64,000 bases of DNA, taken from the NCBI GenBank assembly GCA_965214265.1, contig CBDCBK010000010.1, positions 537,369 to 601,368 on the forward strand, read 5' to 3'. This DNA is from Acidimicrobiia bacterium (lineage in GTDB: Bacteria > Actinomycetota > Acidimicrobiia > Spongiisociales > ZC4RG35). Each line of letters opens with the position of its first letter. The first letter of the stretch is position 1. The position numbers and the translations under genes were made by a program. Below the pieces are notes generated by a model. That model did no database searches. It was not told where the DNA came from and saw nothing but the letters and a program-made list of their open reading frames with translations. Below, in pieces: positions 1 through 10,200 of the stretch.

Positions 1-491
1 CCTTCGGACAGGCAGTGCGGACCCCCTGAGTTGCATGCAATGTTTCCCCCCACGGTGCATGCCGACTGGGAGGAGGGATCGGGGGCGAAGTGCATCCCAT
101 AGGGGGTGGTGGCCCGGGACAGGTCCAGGTTGATGACTCCCGGGCCTACCCAGGCGGTGCGGTTCTCCGCGTCGATCTCTTCTATCCGGTTCATGCGGGT
201 GGTGACCAGTACCACCCCGCCGACCTCGGGCACCGCTCCCGCCGATAAGCCGGTCCCCGCCCCCCGGGCCACCACCGGGACGCCATGCCGCCGGGCGGCC
301 TTTATCACCTGCGCCGCTTCCTGGGTGGTTTCGATCATCACCACCACGGTGGGGTTCCCTCGATAGACCCCGGCGTCCTTGGCATAGACGTGGCGTTCCA
401 ACACCGAATCCATCACCCGATCCGCCCCGAGAAACCGGATAAGTTCATCGCGGAGTACGGCGTTGGTCCCAGTGAGGGTGGTAGCCATATC
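1..491 (-). CDS. FAD-linked oxidase (GlcD/glycolate-oxidase-like, PCMH FAD-binding domain), 3'-partial at window edge
   Basis: Reverse-strand translation from the ATG at 491-489 gives MATTLTGTNAVLRDELIRFLG...VVARGAGTGLSAGAVP...GPGVINLDL. This is the typical FAD-binding type-4 oxidase N-terminus. It runs off the window start and was not in the ORF track because it is truncated. Confidence 0.7.
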
Positions 492-571
492 CACCTAGAA
501 TAACAATGGCCTGTTTATCCCGACCTGTACCGGTCGGGGTCGACAAGCGGTCCTCTCCAGGCGGGAAATAC

Positions 572-832
572 ATGTCGGTGATCGCGCAACTCACGCCCAA
601 CCCCAATGCCATGAGATTCGCGGTGGGCGTCAGCGTGGGAGGCCCGGTCACCTTTCGGGCGGGTCAGGATATAAGCCATCCGCTGGCGGCGGCCATTCTG
701 GCGATAGAGGGCGTGGCTTCGGTGTTCTGGACCGCCGATTTCGTTACGGTGAACAAGGTGGCCGAAGGGGACTGGAGCACCATGCGGCCCGCGGTGGTAT
801 CGATTCTGGAAGACCACTTCGGGAAGGGATAG
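572..832 (+). CDS. nfuA: NifU-like Fe-S scaffold/carrier protein Nfu
   Basis: MSVIAQLTPNPNAMRF...ILAIEGVASVFWTADFVTVNK matches the Nfu/NifU N-terminal-domain family. The internal ATG at 572 was chosen over the upstream alternative start. Confidence 0.7.
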   Translation: MSVIAQLTPNPNAMRFAVGVSVGGPVTFRAGQDISHPLAAAILAIEGVASVFWTADFVTVNKVAEGDWSTMRPAVVSILEDHFGKG

Positions 833-1917
833 AGGCCCTCAGCCGTCAGGGGGAAGGGGCGCCCCTTTCCGGGCCCATCCAGAGGCTGACCGGCCAGGAT
901 ATCCCGGCCGCATCGATCACTGCCCACTCCAATCGCCAGACGTCTCCCATCCGGCTGAATGCCGGTTGGCCCGCTACGGTGCCCGCCTCGGCGAGGATGA
1001 ACTCTTCCCGGGCGATTTTCAACACCGCAGTGGGAGGGGGTTCCCACTCCTCACCCACCCACCACTGACTGGCGGTTGCTTCTGGAAAAGGGATGAAACG
1101 GGGCAGGTCGACCATGGCTGGAGTCCCTGCTCCCAAGTCCACCACCACCACCACCACTGACTGGGTGGGAAGACGGTTGGCGGCGCCGTCGGAGGGCCAC
1201 CACTGCCCGCCAGCGCCCGTCTCCCAAGGGCTCAGCCCACAGGGTTCGCACCGATTCCAAATAGGAAAGGGCGGTATCCGAGGCGTCGGTCTCCTCGGGA
1301 AGGTTGACGCCTGGAAGCTATCGTTTCAGTGAGGGTGGACCGCTCGGTCCCGTCCAGGGTGAAAAACTCGAGTACGAACCACTCCGAATGGGAGGCCGCC
1401 CGACGCTGTCATAAACCTCTCCACCCACCGCGGTTGGGTCTTCACCAGCCCGGAGGTTTGCCTCGGTCAGAGTCGCCGCGGCCGCCGCGAAAGGGTCGGG
1501 AGGAGAAGACAAAGCGAACAGCATCGGTTTCCTGCCGCGCAAAAGGCGGCAACCTCCGGTGCAGCGGTGGTCGGCGGAGTCGCGGTCTGAGGGACGGCTA
1601 CCCGTGGATCGGGGGCCGCGAAGGTGCGGACTACGCTGAAAACCAGCACCGCCGCCAGCGCGGCGCCGCCCACCAGGTGCCAGACTCGACATCGCCGGGA
1701 GATCTCTCCCAGATCCCGCAGTTCCTCTCAGGGGATTGATTGGAATACTTCTTGATCGGATGGTTTGGAATCGCTTATGCCTCATTGTTGTGGGGTGTGT
1801 CGCACGATTTCAAGGGGCGTTGGCGAGAACCCGAAAGAACACAGAGTCGCGACGCGTTCGGGCCGCCAATCCGTCCTTGTTATCAATGAGAGGTCGCCTC
1901 AACTAAGCTGTGGAAGC

Positions 1918-2559
1918 ATGGTGGTCAACCCCGATCCCAAGCCCGGCCGTTGGCTCCTTCCTTTGGCCATCTTGGCGATGTTTGCTTTCACTTTCATGTT
2001 CGTGAGAACCCTGCCCAGAGCCGAGATCGAGCCCCAGCCGGTTACCACCCTTCCTCCCTCCACCACCCCGGGATCCTCTTCGGGAGAGACCACTTCCACC
2101 GTAGAGGGCGATGCCCCCGACGGTGAAGAGGCTTCCGCGGAGGCGCCCACCAGCACCACCCTTCTGCCCGCCGTTGTCTCCTATCTGGCCTCCATCGAGG
2201 CGCTCGGGGAACAGCTCACTTCTCTGGTAAGAGAATCGAGAGAGGTCAACGCCTCCTGGGACGAAAAGTCGATCGACTACGCCGAGACCGAAGAACGGCT
2301 CGTGGTTGTGATGGAGGATGTCATTGGCTGGCAGGAGAATGTGGTCAGGCTGAGCGCGCCGTCGGTTTTGGCTGCGTCGCACCAGGATATGCTGACCGCC
2401 TCTACTCGGGCGGCGGCGGCAGCCACCACCGTGGTGGAAGGACTGCGCAGCGCCGACACAGGCGAGACGCGCCAGGCGGCGACGGCCGACTTCAATGGGG
2501 CGGCGGCTGACTTCGTCTCGGCGGTGACGCGGGCTCAGAACACCGTCGGCTCCTCCTGA
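1918..2559 (+). CDS. hypothetical membrane-anchored protein (N-terminal TM helix, Pro/Thr/Ser-rich linker, ~150-aa C-terminal domain)
   Basis: Long ORF. MVVNPDPKPGRWLLPLAILAMFAFTFMFV is a hydrophobic anchor. No recognisable family. Confidence 0.45.
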   Translation: MVVNPDPKPGRWLLPLAILAMFAFTFMFVRTLPRAEIEPQPVTTLPPSTTPGSSSGETTSTVEGDAPDGEEASAEAPTSTTLLPAVVSYLASIEALGEQLTSLVRESREVNASWDEKSIDYAETEERLVVVMEDVIGWQENVVRLSAPSVLAASHQDMLTASTRAAAAATTVVEGLRSADTGETRQAATADFNGAAADFVSAVTRAQNTVGSS

Positions 2560-2573
2560 CGCGCTCGGGGACG

Positions 2574-3791
2574 ATGGCTGTAGAGATACGGGCTGTCGCC
2601 CCCGAAGATCTGGATGCCCTGCGCCGGACAACGGCCATCGCCTTTGGGCAGGACCCCGATCCCGGCAAGGAGGAGAGAGACCGGAGGCTGGTGGAGTTCG
2701 ACCGCAACCGCGGGGCCTTTGAAAACGGACGGCTGGTGGGTGCATCCGGGGTCTACAGCCTCGACCTGACCATCCCCGGTGGGACTGCGGCGGCTGCAGG
2801 AATCAGCGACGTGATCGTCCTCCCCAGCCATCGCCGGCGCGGTCTGATGCGCAGGATGATGACCGAGCTCTTGGCGGATGCCCACGCTCGGGGAGATATG
2901 CTGTCCGTGCTGTGGTCATCGGAGGTCCCTCTGTATGGCCGGTTCGGGTACGGGATGGCCGGGATGACCACCAACCTCGTGATCGATCGCTTTCCCCTTC
3001 TTCCGCACCGACTGGCGCCGCGGCCTGCTCCGGTGGTCTTGATTGATCCCGCCGAGGCGATGGAGGCGTTGCCGCCGCTGTTCGAGCACAAGAGAAAAGA
3101 GGTGCCGGGGATGTTTGCCCGCTCGCCCGCCTGGTGGGAGTGGGAAGTGTTCGGGGACTCCCTCGAGGATCGAAGAGGCGCCACCTCCTACCGCTACGCC
3201 CTTTCCCACGACTCGGCCGGTGAACCCACCGGGTATGTCCAATACCGCACTGCGGGCCAATGGGAGGGCCTCTCTATGGATGTCACGGTTCTGCTGGAGG
3301 AGATCATCGCGCTCACCCCGGAGGCGTATTCCGGCTTGTGGAGTTTCTTGGTGAACCATGATCTCATCCACCGGCTCAAGGCGTGGAACATCCCCACCGA
3401 AACCGCCCTGCGCCAGATGTTCGCCAACTTCCGGGAGTCCCAGACCCTGTATGACGGTCTGTGGGTGAGGATCCTGGATGTGGAAGCCGCGCTTTCCGCT
3501 CGGCGCTATTCGGCCAACGGGTCCCTCGCGTTCGAGGTTTTCGACCCCATGCAGGGAAGGTCCTCCCGGTATCGGTTGGAGGTCATGGAAGGCGTTGGGT
3601 GGTGTCGGGCGGTCTCTGATTCTCCGGACCTGACCCTCGACATGGAAGACCTGTGCGCGGGGTTTCTGGGCCGTCCCCGGTTCCGCCGTCTGGGGGCTTT
3701 GGGGCGCTTGAGGGGTAATCCCGCAGAGCGGGCATTGGCTGACGCCATGTTCGATTGGGATCCCCAGCCCTGGTGTCAGGAAGTTTTCTGA
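2574..3791 (+). CDS. eis: GNAT family N-acetyltransferase, Eis-like (GNAT + SCP2-like C-terminal domain, ~405 aa)
   Basis: MAVEIRAVAPEDLDALRRTTAIAFG...VLPSHRRRGLMRRMMTELL. GNAT motif A (R/Q-x-x-G-x-G/A) is present and the ~400 aa length and architecture fit Eis. Confidence 0.75.
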   Translation: MAVEIRAVAPEDLDALRRTTAIAFGQDPDPGKEERDRRLVEFDRNRGAFENGRLVGASGVYSLDLTIPGGTAAAAGISDVIVLPSHRRRGLMRRMMTELLADAHARGDMLSVLWSSEVPLYGRFGYGMAGMTTNLVIDRFPLLPHRLAPRPAPVVLIDPAEAMEALPPLFEHKRKEVPGMFARSPAWWEWEVFGDSLEDRRGATSYRYALSHDSAGEPTGYVQYRTAGQWEGLSMDVTVLLEEIIALTPEAYSGLWSFLVNHDLIHRLKAWNIPTETALRQMFANFRESQTLYDGLWVRILDVEAALSARRYSANGSLAFEVFDPMQGRSSRYRLEVMEGVGWCRAVSDSPDLTLDMEDLCAGFLGRPRFRRLGALGRLRGNPAERALADAMFDWDPQPWCQEVF

Positions 3792-3798
3792 GGAGGGA

Positions 3799-4179
3799 TC
3801 AGCGGGCTGCGATCGCTTCGATCTCGATACTCAGGCCGGGGAGGGGAAGAGCCGCCACCCCCACCGCCGAGCGGGCGGGAGGAGGACTGGTGAAGAAGCT
3901 GCCGTATACCTCGTTGACCGCCCCGAAATCACGGATATCGGTCAAAAAAACGGTGGTCTTGACGATATCCGAATAACCCAGGCCAAGCTCTTTCAGGATG
4001 GCGCCGATGTTTCGGAGGATGAGCCCGGCTTGCTCCGTGACCGGTTCGGGAGTCTTCCCCGTTTCGGGGTCGATGGCGATCTGTCCGGATATGAAGACCA
4101 AGCCCTGGGCTTCGGTGACCACCGAGTAGGGAGCGAGAGGAGGCGGGGCACCTTCGAGTTGTGGGACGGTTTTTGGCAT
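3799..4179 (-). CDS. ridA: RidA/YjgF family reactive-intermediate deaminase
   Basis: PYSVVTEAQGLVFISGQIAIDPETG...KTTVFLTDIRDFGAVNEVYGSFF is the canonical RidA signature. Confidence 0.85.
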   Translation of the reverse strand: MPKTVPQLEGAPPPLAPYSVVTEAQGLVFISGQIAIDPETGKTPEPVTEQAGLILRNIGAILKELGLGYSDIVKTTVFLTDIRDFGAVNEVYGSFFTSPPPARSAVGVAALPLPGLSIEIEAIAAR

Positions 4180-4188
4180 GGGGGAATT

Positions 4189-4548
4189 CTAGGCGAAGCT
4201 GTTGCCGCACCCACAGGAGCGGGTTACGTTGGGGTTGTCGATGGAGAAGCCAGCTTCCATCAAGCCCTCCCGGTAGTCGAGGGTGGCGCCCGTAATGCGC
4301 TTGGCGCTCTGCGGATCGACCATCACCCGGAAGCCCTTGAAGTCGATGATGATGTCTTCGACCTCAATATCGGTGTCGAAGAACATCTCATATGAGAACC
4401 CCGAGCATCCGCCCGGCCTCACCGCCACCCGCAGTCCGAGATCTTCATCTTCTTCGGAAGCCAGCAAAGCCTTGACTTTGGCCACCGCCGAGTCGGTCAG
4501 GAGAATGGGCCGCTGCGGGGCGGAACTCTTGATATTGAGAAGCTGCAT
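4189..4548 (-). CDS. erpA: HesB/IscA-type iron-sulfur cluster insertion protein (ErpA/IscA)
   Basis: LTDSAVAKVKALLASEEDEDLGLRVAVRPGGCSGFSYEM...CGCGNSF is the A-type carrier motif with three conserved Cys. Confidence 0.85.
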   Translation of the reverse strand: MQLLNIKSSAPQRPILLTDSAVAKVKALLASEEDEDLGLRVAVRPGGCSGFSYEMFFDTDIEVEDIIIDFKGFRVMVDPQSAKRITGATLDYREGLMEAGFSIDNPNVTRSCGCGNSFA

Positions 4549-4624
4549 ATTGAGAACCTAAATCGTCTACTGCAGATGATATAGCGTGATTGTGATTATA
4601 AAAAGCGAGAATAGGAAATTGTGC

Positions 4625-5926
4625 TCAGGGAAACAGACCTCTCAGCAACTTCGCCTTGGCCACCCGCGAGATGCCCATGATGAGGGCGGCGGTACGCAGG
4701 TCGACTTTCTCGTGGGCGGACAGTTGTCGAATTTCTTGAAAAGCGTTGGTCATGATGTGGCGCAGACGCTGGCGGGTCTCATCATCGGTCCAGAAATAGT
4801 ATTGCAACCCCTGAAGCCACTCGAAGTAGGAGACGGTCACTCCCCCGGCGTTGGCCAGGATATCGGGTACCACCAGCACGCCCCTTTCCCCGAGGATGCG
4901 GTCGCCCTCCATGGTCGTGGGTGTGTTGGCGCCTTCCAACACCACTGCGGCGGTGATGTCGGCGGCGTTGCCGGCGTGGATGACTTCCTGGACGGCGGCC
5001 GGGACCAACACTTCGCAGTCCACTTCAAACAACTGGTCGCCGCTGATCGGGTCGGCCTCGGGATAGCCGTTCACCCAAATGTTGCGGTCCGTCCACGACC
5101 TCAGCCGCTGGATGTCTATGCCGTCGGGACGGTATATGGCTCCTGCCAGATCGCTTACCGCCACTACCCGGGCACCCAGTGCGGTCACCGCCCGGGCGAC
5201 ACTTTTTCCCACCTTTCCAAAGCCTTGAATGGCCACGCGGGTTCCCACCACAGGCAGATCGACCATCTGCAGGGCCAGCGGCAGCAAGTAGGCCAACCCC
5301 AGGCCGGTGGACTCCTTGCGCACCTCGGTACCGCCGAGCTCCACCGGTTTGCCGGTCACCACTCCCGGCACCGGGTAGCCCACCTGTTGGCTGTAAGTGT
5401 CCATGATCCAGGCCATAACCTGGGAGTCGGTCCCCAGGTCCGGGGCCGGTATGTCGGATTGCGGCCCGATGAAGTTGAAGATCTCGGAGGTGTAGCGACG
5501 GGTGAGACGCTGCTTTTCCTGTCGGCTGAGAGTCTCGGGCGCCACTCGAACTCCGCCCTTGGCGCCTCCGAACGGAAGCCCTACCAAAGCGCACTTCCAG
5601 GTCATGTTCATGGCTAGGGCCGTCACCTCGCCCAGATTGACGGTGGGGGCATAGCGTATTCCGCCTTTGGTGGGGCCCATGGTCAGGACATGCTTGACCC
5701 GATAGCCGAAGACCGTCTCGACCTGGCCGTCATCTTTTCGGAAAGGAAAAGTGGTAAGTAAGGACCTTTGAGGAGTGCGCAGCCGCCCGGAGACATTGCT
5801 GTCGAGGTCCATGTACGCTGCCACCTTGTCGAACTGGGCAACGGCCTCTCGGTACATCCCCGAGTCCCATTCCAGGAGGGGAGTCGTCACCTCTGAGACT
5901 TCAATGTCAGGGGCAGTGAAAACCAC
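4625..5926 (-). CDS. gdhA: NAD(P)-dependent glutamate dehydrogenase (Glu/Leu/Phe/Val dehydrogenase family)
   Basis: GPTKGGIRYAPTVNLGEVTALAMNMTWKCALVGLPFGGAKGG is the catalytic-lysine motif. GFGKVGKSVARAV is the Rossmann motif. Length 433 aa. Confidence 0.9.
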   Translation of the reverse strand: MVFTAPDIEVSEVTTPLLEWDSGMYREAVAQFDKVAAYMDLDSNVSGRLRTPQRSLLTTFPFRKDDGQVETVFGYRVKHVLTMGPTKGGIRYAPTVNLGEVTALAMNMTWKCALVGLPFGGAKGGVRVAPETLSRQEKQRLTRRYTSEIFNFIGPQSDIPAPDLGTDSQVMAWIMDTYSQQVGYPVPGVVTGKPVELGGTEVRKESTGLGLAYLLPLALQMVDLPVVGTRVAIQGFGKVGKSVARAVTALGARVVAVSDLAGAIYRPDGIDIQRLRSWTDRNIWVNGYPEADPISGDQLFEVDCEVLVPAAVQEVIHAGNAADITAAVVLEGANTPTTMEGDRILGERGVLVVPDILANAGGVTVSYFEWLQGLQYYFWTDDETRQRLRHIMTNAFQEIRQLSAHEKVDLRTAALIMGISRVAKAKLLRGLFP

Positions 5927-5968
5927 TAGCGCCTATTTTAGGCCCGTCGGGGAGAGGGTAAAACCGAT

Positions 5969-7225
5969 ATGTGGCTGACCATGTTTCGAAAGCGTCTACC
6001 ATCAAGCTTTCGGAAGGACAGGGAAAGTTGGTCCGTGTCTGACAAACCAACCGCGCCCGCCGCCGAGCAGGTATGGGCTGCTTTGCGCGGGGTTATCGAC
6101 CCCGAGCTCGGCGACAACATAGTCAACTTGGGTATGGTCGCCTCGGTGGAAGCCGCTCCGGAGGGAACCGTGACCATCGGGTTGGCTCTGACTATCGCCG
6201 AGTGCCCTCTCCGCGGCCAGATCGAGGGGGATACCCGACGAAGGGCGCTCTCCTTGCCGGGGGTCAAAGAGGTGGTTATCAACACCACCGCCATGACAAA
6301 GCGCCAACGTGCTGACCTGATGTCCAGGGCCAGAGAGAAAGCCCGCGAGCGAGCCCAGCCGACCCAGGTGTCTCCCACCACCCGAGTGATTGCGGTCAGC
6401 TCGGGGAAGGGGGGAGTGGGGAAGTCCTCGGTGAGCGTGAATCTGGCCATCGCCATCAGAAATCTCGGCTTCGAGGTGGGGCTGATGGACGCCGACATCT
6501 GGGGGTTCTCGATTCCCCGCCTATTGGGCATAACCAGCCGGATGGAAGCCGACAGCGATTCCCGGCTGATGATTCCGGTGAAAGCCCAGGGGTTGAGGGT
6601 GGTGTCAACCGGGCTGATCATCGACTCTGAGGAAACGGCGCTAATGTGGAGGGGCTTGATGCTCGCCAAAGCGTTGGAGCAGTTCCTAAACCAGGTGGAT
6701 TGGGGAGAGTTGGACTATCTGGTGATAGACATGCCGCCCGGCACCGGCGATATCCAGATGGCCCTCTCTCGGATGCTTCCCCAAGCGGAGATGGTGGTGA
6801 TTACCACCCCACAGCGAGCGTCACAGAAGGTGGCGGCCCGTATTGCGGACATGGCCCGACGGTCCCACATGCCGATTGTTGGGGTCATAGAGAACATGTC
6901 GGGTTTCGATTGCGGCCATGGGACGGTTCACCGGCTCTTCGGGGAGGGCGGAGGCGAAGAACTGGCCGAAGATATAGGAGTGCCGCTGCTTACCCGGGTT
7001 CCCTTTGACATAAGGGTGGTGGAAGGCGGAGACCGCGGACGCCCCGTGGCGGCGGAAGTTCCGCCGACCGGCGCAGCCCTGGCCTTTGCGGAGACTGCGG
7101 AACTGCTGGTGCAGTTGGTGCCACCCGCCCAGAACGAGACCTGCACGGGTCGTCTCGCCAAGCTGTTGGAGGGCCTTGCCCAAACCGGACAGGATCAGGA
7201 TTTCCTGGCGGCGCTCACGCCATAA
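5969..7225 (+). CDS. apbC: Mrp/ApbC/NBP35 family Fe-S cluster carrier ATPase with N-terminal DUF59/MIP18 domain
   Basis: VWAALRGVIDPELGDNIVNLGMV is the DUF59 domain. VIAVSSGKGGVGKSSVSVNLAIA is the deviant Walker A. The conserved CxxC is at CGHG. Confidence 0.85.
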   Translation: MWLTMFRKRLPSSFRKDRESWSVSDKPTAPAAEQVWAALRGVIDPELGDNIVNLGMVASVEAAPEGTVTIGLALTIAECPLRGQIEGDTRRRALSLPGVKEVVINTTAMTKRQRADLMSRAREKARERAQPTQVSPTTRVIAVSSGKGGVGKSSVSVNLAIAIRNLGFEVGLMDADIWGFSIPRLLGITSRMEADSDSRLMIPVKAQGLRVVSTGLIIDSEETALMWRGLMLAKALEQFLNQVDWGELDYLVIDMPPGTGDIQMALSRMLPQAEMVVITTPQRASQKVAARIADMARRSHMPIVGVIENMSGFDCGHGTVHRLFGEGGGEELAEDIGVPLLTRVPFDIRVVEGGDRGRPVAAEVPPTGAALAFAETAELLVQLVPPAQNETCTGRLAKLLEGLAQTGQDQDFLAALTP

Positions 7226-7259
7226 CCCTTTTCTTTCGGTGGCCTGACCCGGTCGCCGG

Positions 7260-10200
7260 CTATGGGGTTGCGATTTTGGTAATGGTCACGGTGTCTGTGT
7301 AGTAGGTGGTGGAGTGGACGGTGATGACGTAGCCACCGACGATGACGCTCTGACCCTCGGTGAGGAGGGGATAGTCGGCGAAGTGTAGAGGGGGGTATTC
7401 GCCGTCCGGGCTTCCGACTACCCGGAGAGGCAGCCTGCCGTTGCCGAGGGAGGCGTTCACGGTGTAAATGAGCACGCCTTCGCCCGCCAGTACGGGGAAA
7501 GTGGTCTGAGATCCGTCGGGAGCGAGATACTCTTCACCGAAGTCGTATCCGACTTTTCGTCTACTTTCGACCACGATCAGTTCAGTTTTCGACACCGGTA
7601 TGGCGATCATTGCCCTTTCGCTTCCGGGGAACGCGGCCGGGCTTATGGTGATAGTTGTCTCGGTCTCGAGTTCCGTGACACAGCGGATTTGGGTGGGGTC
7701 CAACCAGCCGAGTTGCCATCGACTCCACGCCAGCATCTCTGGGGCTTGCAGGTGGTAGGTAAAAGCGGTCGATCGGTAGCCTTTTGGATGGCGCCAGACA
7801 TGGGCTAGGCGGGGATCTTCTTCGGAAGCGAGGAAGAAAGCCCACAAGCCCATCAGGCCGATCTGACTGTTGACCCATCTCTTGCCAGCGGGCGGGTCGG
7901 GATGCTGTCGGAGGGCGCTGTCATAGGAGTACAGGTCCAACAGCCCGAGATTGTGCGCCAGTTCATGCGCCCCGACCAGTCGCCATTGGTAGGGCTCTCT
8001 TGGTTCATTCAACGGGAAAGTGTTGATTCGGGTCAAGTTCCGAATAACGCCTTCTTCTGTCATGGCTATGCCTCCAGCGACGCCGCCGGCGAAGTGTGAA
8101 CTAGGCAGGACGATCATTAGAGCCTCAAATCCGGTGAAGTCGAACTCGGGATCCGCCAGTTGAATGGCCGCCGCGTTGAGCCCTCCCGATGCTTGATAGT
8201 GGTTGTAGTCGTGTTCGGCTCGTAGCCACCGGTGCAGGGCGGCGAATTCGATGTTGAGGTTCCCGTAGCTGACCGTCTCCAGATACTTCTCCACGAAAGG
8301 CAGGCCCAGTTCGGCCTCTTGGTGGGTGGTATGGGTTGCCTGGGCTTCGGGAAAATCCATAAACAACACTGCAACCCGTATCGTGCCCAGCGATGGAACC
8401 GCCCAACTCTGCGAGGGGAAGCCCGCCGGGCCGGGCGGTCGGCAGGTGGTGGGTCCGTCGGGCACACCACCATCTTCGGCCACGGGAAGGGATTGCTCCA
8501 CACCGACCGGTGCTTTCACCACCAGCACCTGACCCCAACAGGTAATAGTGTGGTCGGTGCGCAGGCCACACGAGTAGGCGTTACCGGCGGCTACGGTGAT
8601 GAAAGTCCCTTCGGGCGGCTCAGACGCGCCTTTGTTGTTGGAGCCCCAGCAGACAATGGTCTGGTCGGTCCGCAGTCCACATGAATGTCTTCTCCCTGCT
8701 GTTACTTGGTCGAGTTCTTCCACCGGTGGGTCGGCCTGGCCGTCTCTGTCGTAACCCCAGCAGACGACCGCGCCATCAGTGCTCAACCCACACGAATGGT
8801 GCATGCCGGCGGTTATTGCGGTGAACTCTCTTGCTGGTGGGTCGGCCTGACCGCCCCAGTTCGCGCCCCAGCAGGCAACCGTGTGGTCGGCGCGCAGCGC
8901 ACACGAGTGATCCCCGCCCGCCGCGATTGTGACGAACTCCCCTTCAGGTGGGCTGGCCTGTCCATTCCCGTTGTGCCCCCAGCAGGAGATCATTTGATCG
9001 GCGCGAAGTCCACATGCATGTGCCAAGCCGGTCTGTACGGTAACGAACGCTCCTGGCGGCGGGTCGGCCTGACCGCCCCAGTTCGCGCCCCAGCAAGCGA
9101 CTGTTTGGTCGATTCGCAATCCACACGAAAACTCGCTGCCGGTTGCTATGGTGGCGAACTCCCCTTCCGGTGGGAATACTCCGCCCCACTGACGACCCCA
9201 GCAGGAGATCGTTTGGTCGGTGCTAAGCCCACACGCATGTGAAACGCCGACAGCAAGGGTGGTGAACTCGGTTTGAAGCGGGACGATCCGATTATCTGGG
9301 TTCAGACCCCAACAGGTGATAGTGGCGTCCGTGCGCAACCCACATGAATGCCTATCTCCGAGGGCGATATTGGTGAACTCTCCTTGCGGCGGAGTGGCCC
9401 GACCATATTCGTCACGACCCCAGCAAATGATGGTTTGGTCATCATCCACACCGCATGTGTGCTCCCAACCGGCCGCGATAGCACTGAAACGCTTGGCTGG
9501 AACCTGAGCCTGACCGGCCCAGTTTCCTCCCCAACAAGTAGTGATGCCATCAGTCTTCAATCCGCACGAGTGCCAGTTGCCAACCGCGATGGCGACGAAT
9601 TCTCCTGGCGGCGGGTCGGCTTGACCATACCCATTGTGACCCCAGCAGGCCAGAGCATGGTCGGGGCTGCGCAATGCGCATGTGTGCAATTCCCCGGCTG
9701 CGATGGCGACGAATTCTCCTGGCGGCGGGTCGGCTTGACCATCCCCATTGTGACCCCAGCAGGTGATGGTCTGGTCGGTCCGTATGCCGCACGAATGGTC
9801 ACCTCCAGCGGTGATAGCAGTGAACGTCCCCTCGGGCGCGTCCGTCTGGCCATGCCAGTTTTGGCCCCAGCAAACACCGTTTTGGTGGGTGTTGATACCG
9901 CAGGAATGAAACCGACCGGCGGCGACAGCCATGAACTCTCCTGCTGGCGGTTCCGCCTGAGTTGCCCAGTTGTGACCCCAGCAAATCACTGTCCGGTCGG
10001 CTTGTATCCCACACGAATGATCCCAACCGGACACTATGGCGGTGAAACCCCCACTTTCTGGCGGTGGGGTGGTTTCTTCAGGTTGGGGGACGGCGTCGAT
10101 CCCCAGAGCACGGGCCAGGAAGGTGGCCATCTGCGCTCGGTTTGTGTCCCGAGTTGGGCAGTAGCGATCCGGTTCGATGGCGCAACCTGCGGTGATCCCC

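Noticed and set aside
1141-1160. CAC x6 followed by TGA (His6-stop), reminiscent of an engineered C-terminal His-tag, ending plus-strand ORF 966..1160
   Set aside because: The surrounding ORF has no recognisable protein family. The region 840..1760 has overlapping ORFs on both strands typical of high-GC noise, and nothing upstream suggests vector-derived or engineered sequence. Most likely a chance CCA/CAC repeat.
846-1785. Several 60-155-aa ORFs on both strands (846..1157-, 1051..1260-, 1318..1785-, 1467..1673-, 1329..1739+)
   Set aside because: Arg/Pro/Gly-rich low-complexity translations with no family resemblance and mutually overlapping. Possibly one small secreted protein (LVGGAALAAVLVFSVV...) hides at 1467..1690 minus, but there is not enough support to annotate it.
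4586-5617. 343-aa plus-strand ORF opposite gdhA
   Set aside because: Shadow ORF. gdhA on the minus strand is unambiguous.
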